Source: Macrostomum hystrix (taxonomy: Eukaryota; Animalia; Platyhelminthes). From it: 64,000 nt of DNA. Location of the stretch: positions 3,472,001 to 3,536,000 of the forward strand of contig CATNEN010000005.1 of assembly GCA_950097015.1 (NCBI GenBank), read 5' to 3'. Positions 28,901-40,187 of this stretch are shown here, in pieces (the stretch's first letter is position 1; the number at the start of each line of letters is the position of its first letter). The position numbers were made by a program, and so were the translations under genes. The notes under the pieces were generated by a model. It was given only the letters and a program-made list of their open reading frames with translations, ran no database searches and was not told where the DNA came from.

Positions 28901-31715
28901 CCTGATAACTCACACTTTCCTTTAATAATTTATGCTTTCCCCTTGATAAATCAGGCTTCACCTCAATATTTAATTCTTCCCCTCAAAATCTAATGCTTTT
29001 CCCTTGATAAATCATGTTTTCCCTTCCATAATTCATGGTTCTTTCTTGGTAATTCATGGTACTCCCTCAATATATCAATTTGCAGACATAACAACATATT
29101 CTTCCCCTTGATAATTTATTCTACTCACTTGATATATCCAGTTTTCTCTCAATAACTCATGCTCCCTCTACAATAATTGCTGCTACCCCCTTGTTAATTC
29201 ATTCTTTTCCTAAGATGAATCATGCTTTTCCCTTGATAATTCATACTTTCCCCTCAATATATCATGCTTTTTCATTGATAATTCATGCTGCCCCTTGATA
29301 ATATGTTTTTCTTTAAAATTCATACTAGGCCTATTTCATCAAAAATACTTGCTTTCTATTTGATACTATATTCTTCCACTTGATAATTCACATTTCTTCC
29401 ACAATAATCCATGCTTTCCCCTAATAGATCCATGCTCCTTCTATGATAATTGATGCTTACCCCTTAATAATTTATACTTTACCTTCACTAAATCATGCTA
29501 CTTCCCTCAAAAATCAGTCTATCCTCTTGAAAAAGGTGGTATACCATCAAAGTATTATGTTATCCCCTAGAAATTTCATTCTTACTCTTGGAAATGTCAT
29601 GCTATCTCTTCAAGAAATCATGATACTCCCTAGATATATAATGTTTTCCCCATTATTGTTATTTACATGATATCTCATGCTGCTCAGCATTGATATTTAG
29701 CACTATATTATTATGTTTCATCTTTTCCTTTGAATTATTAATGCTTTCAAAATATAGAAAAAATAATGATCGCCACCATACATGTGCAAAACCCAAATTT
29801 TAGCCAGCCTTGCGACTTAGTTTTTGCTCTATTTACGACTTAGTTGGCTCTCATTTGCTCTATTTTTCTCTCCCCTTTTCCTCTTCTTCACACACTCTTT
29901 TTTTGTCCCTTGGTCCCCTTTGAGTTTTTTGCTCTTGGTTCATTGGTTTTTGTGACTTACCTTGCTTGGCTCTTGTTTCACCCGGCTGGTTTGGCCAGGT
30001 CGGCCGGTTCAGCCAGGTCGGACGGGTGTAGACCTAGCGCATGGATGATTGCCACCCTCCTTGGTTTTGAATCTAATAACAATTGTAACAATGCTCAGAG
30101 TAGTTCTCTTAAGATTAAAAAGAATGCAAAAAGCAATATATGCCCAAACAGCCTTTATTGAGTTTTAAATTTAATAACACTTTATGTTTTGCATGTGTTG
30201 CATTGTGCTTTGGAGCCACATTTTTGACACCCATGTCGCACATCCTCCGGTTTTGGACATTTATTTCAATAGGGTACTTGCAGCTATGCTCAAAATGTTA
30301 TCTTTGTTTTAGCATTGAATAACACTTAAAGCAGTGCTCAAAAATGTAAAAATGTGGAAGAAATACCTCTTTTAGCTGTGCTCAACATGTTTTTTCTTGT
30401 TCTGAATCTGATAAAATTTGCAGCAATGCTTAAAAATGCTCAATAGTTTTCATGAAAACTATGCTCCGTCACCGAAGCATGTGGTCCAGTCGCTTGCGTT
30501 AAAGCGAGAATGAGCTCCTCGTTCTGTTGTGTCAATTGATGCAGTTGATCACGGGCGCGTTCAAGCCGCAACTCAAGCTCCTCTCGCTCATGTTCACTCT
30601 TTCGAAGTTCTTCCTCAATAGTTTTGTTGGCACCATCTTGCTTAGCCAGTGCGACAACATAAGACGCACACTGCGGACACGGTTTAGGCGTTGGTACCTT
30701 GGGTAAATGAGCACATGTGGGCTCATGTCGCTTGGCCTCGGCATACGACTGATATGGACCCTTCCGAATGTGAGCCTCATATCGCGACCCGCGCAGTTTG
30801 TCGTCCGCCGTGACAACAAGAACGCGAGCACCGAGACTCGACTCCGCTGCCAATGGCGCCGGAGCCAGATCGACAATGCAGTCGTGGTCGACAGCCTGGT
30901 GGTTGCCCTTGGACACGAACTGGACAACCCAGAAGGTCTTTTGCCCAGAAGGCAAAAGAGCAAAAATAACAAGCCAAGGCCGAGATAGCTCGTACTGGCA
31001 AACAAACAGTCAATTATATATTTCGTACCAAAAATATAAGCTTTGTTTACTATGCCTGGTGGGCACAAAGAGGACGGACAAAGACATTTACAACTGTGCT
31101 AAAGGGCATAGCTGTGGCACAACTGGCACATTTGTTACAAGTGTGCCAAGTGTGCCAATTGGTTTCAATGGGCAATTATCGTACAAAAGGTTATTTGTGC
31201 CACTTGTGCCAAACAGGACAGACAAAGACAGTTATAACTGTGCAAAAGGGCATAGCTGTGGCACAACTGGCACATTTGTTACAAGTGTGCCAAGTGTGCC
31301 AATTGGTTTCAATGGGCAATTATTGTACTAAAGGTTATTTGTGCCACTTGTGCCAAACAGGACAGACAAAGACAGTTATAACTGTGCCAAAGGGCATATT
31401 TGTGGCACAACTGGCACACTTACTGTTTTTGAGAGGACATTTATTTTCGGTCGGGCATTTTTAGTATAATAAAGAAAACTTACACAGTTTATGTGACTGG
31501 GCCAATAATGCACATTAAAAATAACAACAGACTAAACATAATAGAAATGATAAAACTTATACATAAATAAAATACATTTTATATTGCAATAGGCCTAGAA
31601 TAAAACTCATTTTGCTTTACAACTTACCATCATATTCTTCTATGTTTTCAATTCGACTTTCATCCTCATTTTCAACACTTGAGCGAAGAAGTGGACTCCT
31701 TTCATTTTGATCCAT
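25930..31715 (-). CDS. MFSD1: Lysosomal MFS transporter MFSD1, about 479 aa
   Basis: Exons 31715-31628 (MDQNERSPLL..., with an ExxxLL lysosomal dileucine motif and a phase-1 GTAAGT donor), 27878-27223 and 26625-25930 join in frame. The motifs FGSYFCYDNPAALQ, YSWYSWPNV, GIGGESLAVAQN and GTAYGIMQSVQNLGL are present. Confidence 0.95.
26730..27170. repeat. Intronic minisatellite, 22-bp unit (tctcaaaccagctaagggataa)
   Basis: Direct periodicity in MFSD1 intron 2. Confidence 0.95.
28600..29650. repeat. Old, degenerate minisatellite (ataattcatgctttcccttg-like) in MFSD1 intron 1
   Basis: Eroded ataattcatgct and tccccttgat motifs recur. Boundaries are approximate. Confidence 0.7.
30440..30955 (-). 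CDS. Intron-nested 171-aa ORF (beta-rich N-terminus, CxxC, coiled coil), possibly transposon-derived
   Basis: A GC-rich uninterrupted ORF inside AT-rich MFSD1 intron 1, on the same strand. I recognise no family. Confidence 0.45.
   Translation of the reverse strand: MPSGQKTFWVVQFVSKGNHQAVDHDCIVDLAPAPLAAESSLGARVLVVTADDKLRGSRYEAHIRKGPYQSYAEAKRHEPTCAHLPKVPTPKPCPQCASYVVALAKQDGANKTIEEELRKSEHEREELELRLERARDQLHQLTQQNEELILALTQATGPHASVTEHSFHENY
31072..31425. repeat. 144-bp tandem repeat, about 2.5 copies, rich in tggcaca/tgtgcca inverted motifs
   Basis: Units start at 31072, 31216 and 31360. Confidence 0.9.
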
Positions 31716-31944
31716 ATTACTAGCTTTTTAATAGACTTCTAATTTGTAAAAGCAGATGCAGTGCAATATTTAACAATGTAACAGTAACCTTTTTATTCCA
31801 AAGAAAAGCAGTTTAGTTCAAGTAATCCAAGCTAATTTAAATGTGTGTATTACAAGTGGTTACGGTGGATCTACTTTAAAGAAGGTAGGAAGGAATCGTA
31901 AATTCAGAATTGGAAAAAATCGCTCTTAACAGTTAATAATGATA

Positions 31945-34815
31945 CCGATAACCTTGACGCGATAATAAAAACCTAAAAATCTTGAATTTGAGACTGATAA
32001 GTTGTAAAAAACCAATCATGTATACATATGCAGGACGCATTTTGATTCGCGTTGAGATACTTTTTAGCAGAATTTCAAGCACATCTGAACTATCAATTTT
32101 TTCAAAGCTGTAAATAAATATTGTTTGGATTTGTACTTTTTTTCCGGAAAATTTGACAGTTGATTTTGATTTTTGAACTACGTCATCTGAAACTAACGAT
32201 CAAGGGTATTTTTTGTTTGGGTAAATTAGGAATACTAGTTCTTAAGTTGCCCAAGTTGCTTATAAACTACCAAAGTTCAAAATAAAAAGGCTGGAGAAGG
32301 TTTTCATAATTTAAATTTTTGCATGAATTCTAAACAAGCAATCACTAAAAGTCATATCACTAAACAAAAAGTGACAGTATTAGTCGAAATCGGATTTGTA
32401 ACAAACTTTGAAAAATAATTAAAGGGTTTAGTGATCGAAAGGGTTTCGTTAGTTAGGTAACGAAAGTTAATAAATAATTAACTTTTGAGGAGTTGATCGT
32501 ATAAGAACTTATCGTTGAGTGTTGCGTTCTGGCATAATGATCGTCAGTTTTATGCACATGACTAAATTGCTCATCTAGTATTCTAGATGCTCGTGGACAT
32601 AAATATAGCTGATCGATACAGGCCGCGATCGATCGACGCGTTCGTCTCTTTTAGTATAGTGACTCATCTTAAGCCGATAATTCGAGATCGCAGCCAAAAT
32701 AAAAAAAAATAGTTTCGAATTGCTTCCATGCAGCAATGCAGTTGCGCGCACGAGTTAATTATTTCACGAGTCGATCATACTAATAAAATCATCAAAAATA
32801 CATATATGAAATGTCATGAAGACTCGATATACCAGTTCTCTATTTATTCATTGCGCATCATGATTCTACCGACGAATCAGATGTGTACATGCAAATATAC
32901 GAGTATATGATCGCTTGTCATATAGAGAAGTCTAGATTTTAGAAGACAGATCACAACAAGTGTAGGGATGCATAATGTACTACCACAAAATTCAACTAAA
33001 AGCATTCTGGAGTAGATGAATATTTTAGTGCAATCCGAATAAACAAAGGATCGCATCATGCTATCAGCCGCTTGATAAAAAAGCAATACTACAAAAACTT
33101 ACTAAACCTATAATGACAGATAAATTACTTGTGGATTGCAACAAAATGTGTTACAGTTGCCATCTAAAAGTCATTACATACGAGTGTTACTTGAATAATA
33201 ATGTAATTCTTGAAGAGCGTCTCGAATAAACAATATTTTATCATGGCTGTGAAAACTACATAATTACAGGTTCACATGCCGTACGCTGGCTATATGTAGT
33301 GAAATGTTAAATATTTTTTATTAGAAGAAAGCAATAAGCACACGATGTAGATAAAGAAAGTCCAACTATATAGAGCGAAGCTTTTAAGTTGAAATCGTCG
33401 ATTACTTTATCTGTCAGCCACAATTTCTGTGTATTCTGTAACGTCACTGACGGGTCGTGAGTTCGAGTCTCGGATTTCCGTGCTACCACAGTTTTGCTTC
33501 GGCATCATGGAGAAATAGATGCAGTTGTTGTCGTCCTAAATAGACAATTAAGTGGCAATTTTTAGCGACATAAGATAGATAGAAACTACACCGGTCGAGA
33601 TAGCTCTTCAGTAGAGTAATTTCTGCCACACCCACGTACACCAACTTTCTAGCCTAACTCATGCTGCAGTACCCATCACAATTTAAATGCATGAGATCAA
33701 GCTCGAGGGAATTAAATGTAGTCGGAAGTTCTCAATGACGCTCTAACAACAGGGCCACAAGCTCCCCTGTAGCGCACTGTACTAAATATAATCATGATAT
33801 GGTACAGATCTATAACAGCCTTACATCTGTATTGTTTAAACCTGGTGCATCCGTAGTTGAAAGCTGCTGCAATGGCACCGGCACCTCCTCGGACATCGCT
33901 GCTTTCAACACCTGTACGGGAGGCCCTTGTGTTAAGGTCATCTGCGGGGGTGCAGAGTGGCATTGAGTGAGTTAACGTGTTTGCCTCTCACACCAACTGA
34001 GGTCCCTGAGCTCGATTCCGCGGTGAGACCACATTCATTTAGGGCGCAGCCGCGCAAAGAAGGCTTTGAGGGCTTGTGGTGCAATTTACGCCCTTGAGGG
34101 CCAGCCTCCAAGGCAGAGTGAAAGTGTACACTGCCTGACGATGAGAAAGTCAGGGCAGATGTACACACTTGGTGAGTGTGTGCCTGCGTACAGTATCTGT
34201 GTGCCTGTTTGATCAGGAGTAAGCGGAATGGGCAGAATTGCCTTCTCGCTGGACGCCGGTCTAGTGACACCTAATGATGTGCCATTGCCCGCAGCCCTCC
34301 TGCAAATATTTTTATATTGTTATGAGGTCATCTGCAATCTATGTACCATGAGTAACGATCGAAACTTAAAATAATAAAACGCTTTGTTTCGCAAAGCAAG
34401 ACTTGCAAAAGTTACCTTTCTTCGGTAAATGAAAGTGACGGCTGATATGACAAAAACATTCGCAAACATTAGACCCACGGTCAAGAGGACGAACATCAGA
34501 AGATCTTGATTGCGGTCTATAAATAATCAGGTAATGTTATGAAGTTCAATTCAATAATAAGCTGGTCCTCGATCACTAAACGCATACTCACCGCAATCAG
34601 ATTTAATACTGGTGCAAAGGGTTTTCACAGTCACATTTGAGAGCCATGTAACATTCGCTTGAGCAGCAGTGCATTCTAACTTAAGTTGAGCTTCCTTGTT
34701 TCCACTGCAGCAGTTAAGGCACCTCCAATGTGATGTCAGGGACTCACTGAAACCACTGCTCAAGCTTTTATTCGCTGCATCACTGGATGACACATTTAAG
34801 TTGTTTCCCATGTTG
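31945..34815 (+). repeat. Segmental duplication, copy 1 (direct copy at 61129-64000)
   Basis: Near-identical by eye, with an offset of about 29,185 bp. It includes the 3' exons of receptor gene A and its SINE. Confidence 0.95.
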
Positions 34816-36650
34816 TCAAACGCTACGCACTGATGCTCTGATTTCGGATCTGAGGTGGATGACGTGAAGCTGAATGTCACGTGACCAAATGACTCGGCGC
34901 TGCAGCTTGACGGCTTGTCAACCGCGATTCTCAAATTTTTTGGCGGATCTGTTACGTAACGAACGCGATAAATGCGTTTTATGCAAAAATAAAATTAGGC
35001 ATAGTTGAACTAGCTATGGATAACTCACACAAAACCCGCAGTCTTCGAGTACTGGATGCTTCAAGACCAGTTCCACCTGAACTGCAGGTGTAGCTCCCCC
35101 CATGGTGCAACTCCAGCTGATGAATTGTGTAAGTTCGGTTTCCACTGTCCAACGTCACATTGAAAGTTGAATGGGTGAGTCTGATTGGCTCTGAGGAAAC
35201 AACTGGGCAGAGTACATCGCATTGCACGGTCACACTGGAGCCAAGCTCTGCTGCGTTGTTGAATGCGCTCGCTGGATGAAACACGGCTGCAATTTTGGGG
35301 ACGGCTTAGTAACGGATTTTCTATTTTTAGATATAGGTATGAAATTTTATTCGCTGTATTGTTGTACCTACTTTCCAAAGTAATACTCCGATTAATCCAC
35401 ATGTCGACAAAGCTCAGGCACTGGCGCACAAATTGAGTTTCGTTTGCAACATTTCTTCTTAAAATAATTATTCTCACCTATAAAATGTACATGAGTAGAA
35501 TTTTGTCTTGACAGGTCAAATGGCTGTTGACGAGCAGTCAATATAATTATTTTCTGGAAATTTTCGTTAGGCTGCAAAAAGATTCGTGATTAGACTGATC
35601 ACAAAAAACTTGCTCAACTTCATGTTTAAGCTTTTACCCACTAGTAGGGGACTATATTAATAGTCCAGACTTTTACGTAAAGGTTGACAGCTCGAATCTC
35701 GGTCCAGGGGAGGCAGTTAGACTTCTTGCTCAAGCAAGACACGAAATTCATTAGCCAGTTGTAAAACGGGTGCCAGATTCAGCTGGGGTAGAAACTGGGT
35801 GGGTTTGAAGGCTTCCACAGTCCACGGACTGAACGAATTAACTGTGGCTTTTCCACTGGCTGCATTATCCCCATCAGAATTATGAGTGTAAATACAAAAT
35901 ACTTAGTAATTTTTTAGAAAGAATAGTATTTTCGTTCTGTCAAACTTTTATGATTACCTTATGTCTAGCGCAGTTCACAGTCAAGATTTCCCCAGAAGAT
36001 ACGCTGGTTGGCGTCCTTCCGCACAGCCTCCAGGTTCCGTTTTCCGCCCCCTGAAAGACGGAGCTGATGTTTCTCGAGTCGCAGTGGTTCGAGCCGAAGT
36101 CCAGGTCTTCCGGCGATGTCCACACCTCAATGTCTGCTGCTCGAGCGGTCAAATTGTCTCCGTAGGTCGTAAGTTCACTTGGAGTCGATGCTTTTAAGTT
36201 AAGAAAAAATATCTGTATTAAAAAAGCAACTTGGGCGTTTTATATGGCAGGATAAAAATCACAGGAAGAGTAAGTGCTCACTTCTGACTCTGATGGACAC
36301 AGGGCTGATGCTCTCCTGCTGTCTCAGTTTTATCACAAACCAGTGGAATCCGGCATCAGCGCTTTGCAGACCTACCTTGGAGTGAAGAAATGGCCAGTTG
36401 CCAACTTCATCAGCTGAGCGACTCCAGAAGCAAGTGCTCGGTGGTTGATCGAAGCTGGATGACTGCCATGATGCTTCAATGGTGCTCTTTCTGATTGGAA
36501 GCATACCTGTTTGAAGCAATTGGGTTAACAAACAATGGAAAGCATTATAGATACATAAATCCAGTATTGGAAAACCTGACCGTCCCCTCGAATCAGAATG
36601 GCGAATCCAAGAAAAGCCAGGGTGACACGCAACACAGCCAGATGGTTCAT
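33407..36650 (-). CDS. Receptor gene A: SP + F-type-lectin/F5-8C-like + Ig + Ig-like + TM + tail with YFSM and ITSM-type TEYTEI, about 531 aa
   Basis: Exons 36650-36581, 36506-36282, 36190-35958, 35477-35372, 35286-35029, 34948-34592, 34516-34416 (TM), 33941-33825 and 33535-33407 join in frame. The Ig motif is HGGSYTC. Splicing into the tail exons depends on acceptor choice around a SINE (see findings). Confidence 0.75.
33946..34322 (+). mobile_element. Full-length tRNA-derived SINE with a target-site duplication, antisense in an intron of gene A
   Basis: It has an A-box-like agtggcattgagtg, a B-box-like ctgagctcgattcc, a 3' stem (complete as ggctgcggg/cccgcagcc in the 63-kb copy) and an AT-rich tail. 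It is flanked by aggtcatctgc at 33935-33945 and 34325-34335; the duplication is 13 bp in the 63-kb copy. Confidence 0.85.
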
Positions 36651-37769
36651 GATTTCTATTCAGTTGCACAAGGCTTTCTGGGTGAAAACTTTTATAATTC
36701 TAGATTAACTTGTATACACATATTTCTAAATTTGCGTTTCACGTCTCAATTAGGAAATTGTTTGCATGCAGCATTGATTTTACAACTCATTTTAGATTTG
36801 CTAGATATTTATGTCGTCAAGATGACTTGCATTTTCGAAAGGCGACAATATGCCATTGACAAGCTAAATTTAGGACGAAACACCACAAATGCTTTTCAAA
36901 GGCCGCTACATATGCAAATCAAACGTGCATTTTCTGTAAAGAGTTAGAAAGTTTGACTCGACAAGAAGATAAAATAAAATCAGGTTTCAGTAGGATCCAG
37001 GATGTGCTACTTGTTTCGCATCCAGAATATTCTAATAGTGGCCTGTGGGAGGGACAACAGCAATATTCAACTCTGGTGCCGTTCAGCACCATCGTCGCCA
37101 GTCAATTAAGGGCCGTGGTTCTCGCACAGCATGCTCAGAAGCCCCTCTCAAGCTCAATTGCAGTTTCTGTTTCTCCCGTCTCCGCTTCCTCCAGGGCCAG
37201 ATATAGCAGGGCAGCTGTGTCCCTTTTACCAGTCCGCCAGCGAAAAGGCGGAACGTTCAGTTTACCTGCCACTGCCCAGTCTCTCCGAGGCACGGCTAGA
37301 TCATCTTGGGCCAACGGGCTCTCCGACTTTTGCAGGCCCGACAGCATCCAGCTTCGTGCGCGCACTGGAGGAGGCAAGACCGATGTGTCCCCTGAGCAAT
37401 ATCACCTCCTCACTGGAGGTCGTCTGGTTGCTCGGAGCTAGAGGAACAGGTACGTGGTCCTGCTGATGCACCCTGCCGCTAAGTCAAGTACTCGTCTTGC
37501 AAGGTGCTACTTTCTTTAGCAAGGTGGAGATGAAGCCTCTCTTTTAAAGAGTCCAAGCTTAAAGTCCAAGACATTCTAACCTTGCACTGACTTGTTTGCA
37601 AGACAAGTAACTCTAAACGCTATCGATCATATCTTGAAGCAAGTGCTTGAATCGGATTTTTACTTTTCTATTGTGCTTTTTAAGCATAATAGATGCATTT
37701 TTTTCAGAATTGCGAACATGTAGTGAACACAGATCGGCCTTTTTAGATCGATGACCATGAACTTCCTCC

Positions 37770-38045
37770 TAGGGAGGAAGAGTGGCACGACGGTCCAACG
37801 AATTTGCTTCTCACAACAAGGTCCCTGGGTTCGATTCCACTGAGGACACGGCCTCAGGCAGAATGTATACCGCATGACGATGAGAAAGTCACGGCAGATG
37901 TGAGAATGTGAGACTGTGCGCCTGCATAAAGTATTTGTGTGTGCTCAGGAGTCATCGAGATGGTAGAACAGCCTCCTCATTGGCTTCGGGTCTGCTGTCA
38001 CCAATGGATGAGCCAGTGCCCACAGCCCACCTGAATATATTAGTA
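37770..38045 (+). mobile_element. tRNA-derived SINE copy (diverged)
   Basis: agtggcacgacggtccaa...ggtccctgggttcgattcc carries the A and B boxes. The body and tail are homologous to 33946-34322. Confidence 0.8.
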
Positions 38046-40187
38046 TTTTTACAATATTGTGATGGCGAAGCGCAGATCAGATAAATACTTCATGCTGTGA
38101 ATGTTGCATTCGACTTGGTGGAGACCAAATCCTTGGACTAATAATTTATAGGTGAAATGCAGCTAAAGCTGAATTCTCTAAAATTTTACTTCCTGTGGTC
38201 GCTTGAATGTTTTTGATTTATTTGTGGCTACTATTGTTTAAACGATTCGTTTAACGCTGTTGCAAAGGGCGATGCAATTCTATTGAGTAAATAAAGATAG
38301 ACCAAAACTGTTTCTTTTTCACAGTCTGAGGGCCTTGTCTCATCCGCACACCCTATGGATCGTTTACTCGAGTGTGTATAGATACACCATAGGTCATGGG
38401 AATGCCAGAAAATTTCTTGAACTTTGGTGGCATTGTTGATGCTGACACTTATAACCGACGAGTATCTCTTGTCATTCAATCAGGTGTTCGGTCAATTTTT
38501 GGCGTCAAGGGCAAATCTATATGACAATGTAAATATTCCTGAACACGTCTTTTAGATTCCCTTCATCTTTTGTATGAGAACTGTACTGATACATTGCTTA
38601 AAAATTTCTTCGACATTGAATATCGTCAGTAAAGTTTTTCTCTTTATCAATTAGTTTAGCACAAGTTGACTTGCTAGTGATTTGAAATTTATTGCAGTTC
38701 CATTTTTCCTGCGCTGGCTTGCATTTTGATTAGATGTTTGAGTCAGCTTGCGGAAACCATTTAACTTGTATCAGTTATATGCCGCACGTTTATAGGTTTT
38801 TAAAAAAGAGTTGCTAATTCTTCTTACCCACTCCGATTACCCTGCAACAAAGAAGTAGTGCTGATTCTTGGTTTAAACTTTTCGAGTCGTCAAGATGATC
38901 CTGTCGTCCCTTTTCGTTCTTCTCGCTGTATTTCCATCAGACGCAACCGTATCTGCGTTTCAAGAAATGCACGATTGTTTTAACTTCATAAAGAAGGCAA
39001 GCAGCGAACGACGGAGACCATCGATGACGACGAACTTGATGAAGATTATGAGCCTCCAAGGAAGTCACCGTGTGCCAGCAAAAATGTTCAGTCCGCCGGT
39101 GCTCTATCAGGCGGCCGTCCAAGTGATACCCGGCTGCTGAAAGAGATGCAGAAAGAAAAAGCTCGGCCTTCATTGGATCTCAATCACCGTTATCTGCTGG
39201 AACACCGCTAGCAAGGGATTCTGCGGTGCCTACGACCCAGTTAATTCTACTCAAGATGCACATGCAAAGAAGAATTATGAGTCAGATGTCTCAAAAGCTA
39301 GACGATGTAATCGAAATATACACCAACTATTAGACACCACGAGAAAACGAGAATCGCGAGGACCGGGTAATTTACGACTTCTCTGGTCAACATTTTCGTC
39401 TCTCAGAACTTTCGATAGTTCGTACAGTATTTGCTTGGCCACTAGTTCGTCACTAATTATTTAGTCACAAACAAAGATCAGCGGTTGTCTAATTGGACAC
39501 TGCATTACTTCAAGTAGAATGGTAAATACATCTAAGATGATAATTATAATCTAATTGCTGTTTACAAGATATTTAGTGTAATCCTCATGCCATTTATCTA
39601 TAATTGACATGCAATTAAATTTCTAGAAAATCTCGCCGAAATTGCAACAAAGGTGTCATTTAGATTAGGCTTCTTGCACTTTAAACAACAACTCACTGGT
39701 AATTGGAGTGCAAGAATTGCGAAATTATCGCGTCTCCAATGACAACTTCTGGTAATTCTGCGCAGTTTTGTTCTTCGAGACGCTCTCGGCTTGTCTTACA
39801 TATTTATAGGCTGTTCGTGCCTATTTAAATGGATAGTCGAAGCCAAAGTCAAACATCTTCACACAAACCAGTCGTGACTTCCTGTATGCTGGCAAAGCGG
39901 ACCTTAATTCAAGACACAACAGCTCTGAACTGTGCTCTGGTTTCAGCTAAACTCATTGCATGTAAGTGTGTGGCTGACAGCGACAGCTTTGACAGCTTTG
40001 TCATTCCAAAGAACAATGATTTGGTCAGACTAGTCAAGCAGTGATGATTCAATGTAGATTTTTAATGAAGGAATTAAAATAACTAGATAAACTTCTTTGC
40101 GTACATTTCAACGAGAATTCATTTCACTTGTTAGCGTTTTCTTTTAGAAAACAAGATCCTGCTTGGACGCGGAACAACAACTGAGGC

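Noticed and set aside
29961-30033. Candidate first exon of MFSD1
   Set aside because: It has no in-frame ATG. The exon at 31715-31628 has an ATG, the dileucine motif and the correct phase.
33712-33963. ORF-track proteins MPLCTPADD... and MVARKSETR... (and their 62-63 kb copies)
   Set aside because: They are wrong-frame readings of gene A's cytoplasmic exons. The phase-0 splice frame gives MTLTQGPP... and DDNNCIYFSM...
33946-34020. tRNA genes at the A/B-box-like segments (also 37775, 44290, 47555, 63135)
   Set aside because: There is no complete cloverleaf, and each copy continues into a shared body and tail, so these are SINE heads.
34125-34175. Hammerhead-like core CUGACGA-uga-GAAA-GUC in the SINE body (CUGAUGA in the 44-kb copy)
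   Set aside because: There is no room for stem II or stem III. The sequence is a plain hairpin (ctgac/gtcag) with a 9-nt loop.
36953-37466. Overlapping ORFs of 162 and 111 aa upstream of gene A
   Set aside because: The region is GC-rich but has no recognisable motif and no convincing exon chain, so I left it uncalled.
39120-39470. In-frame TGA in PGC*KRC followed by a long open frame (possible selenocysteine)
   Set aside because: There is no redox-fold context and no SECIS that I could identify. Other frames look equally protein-like, so decay is more likely.
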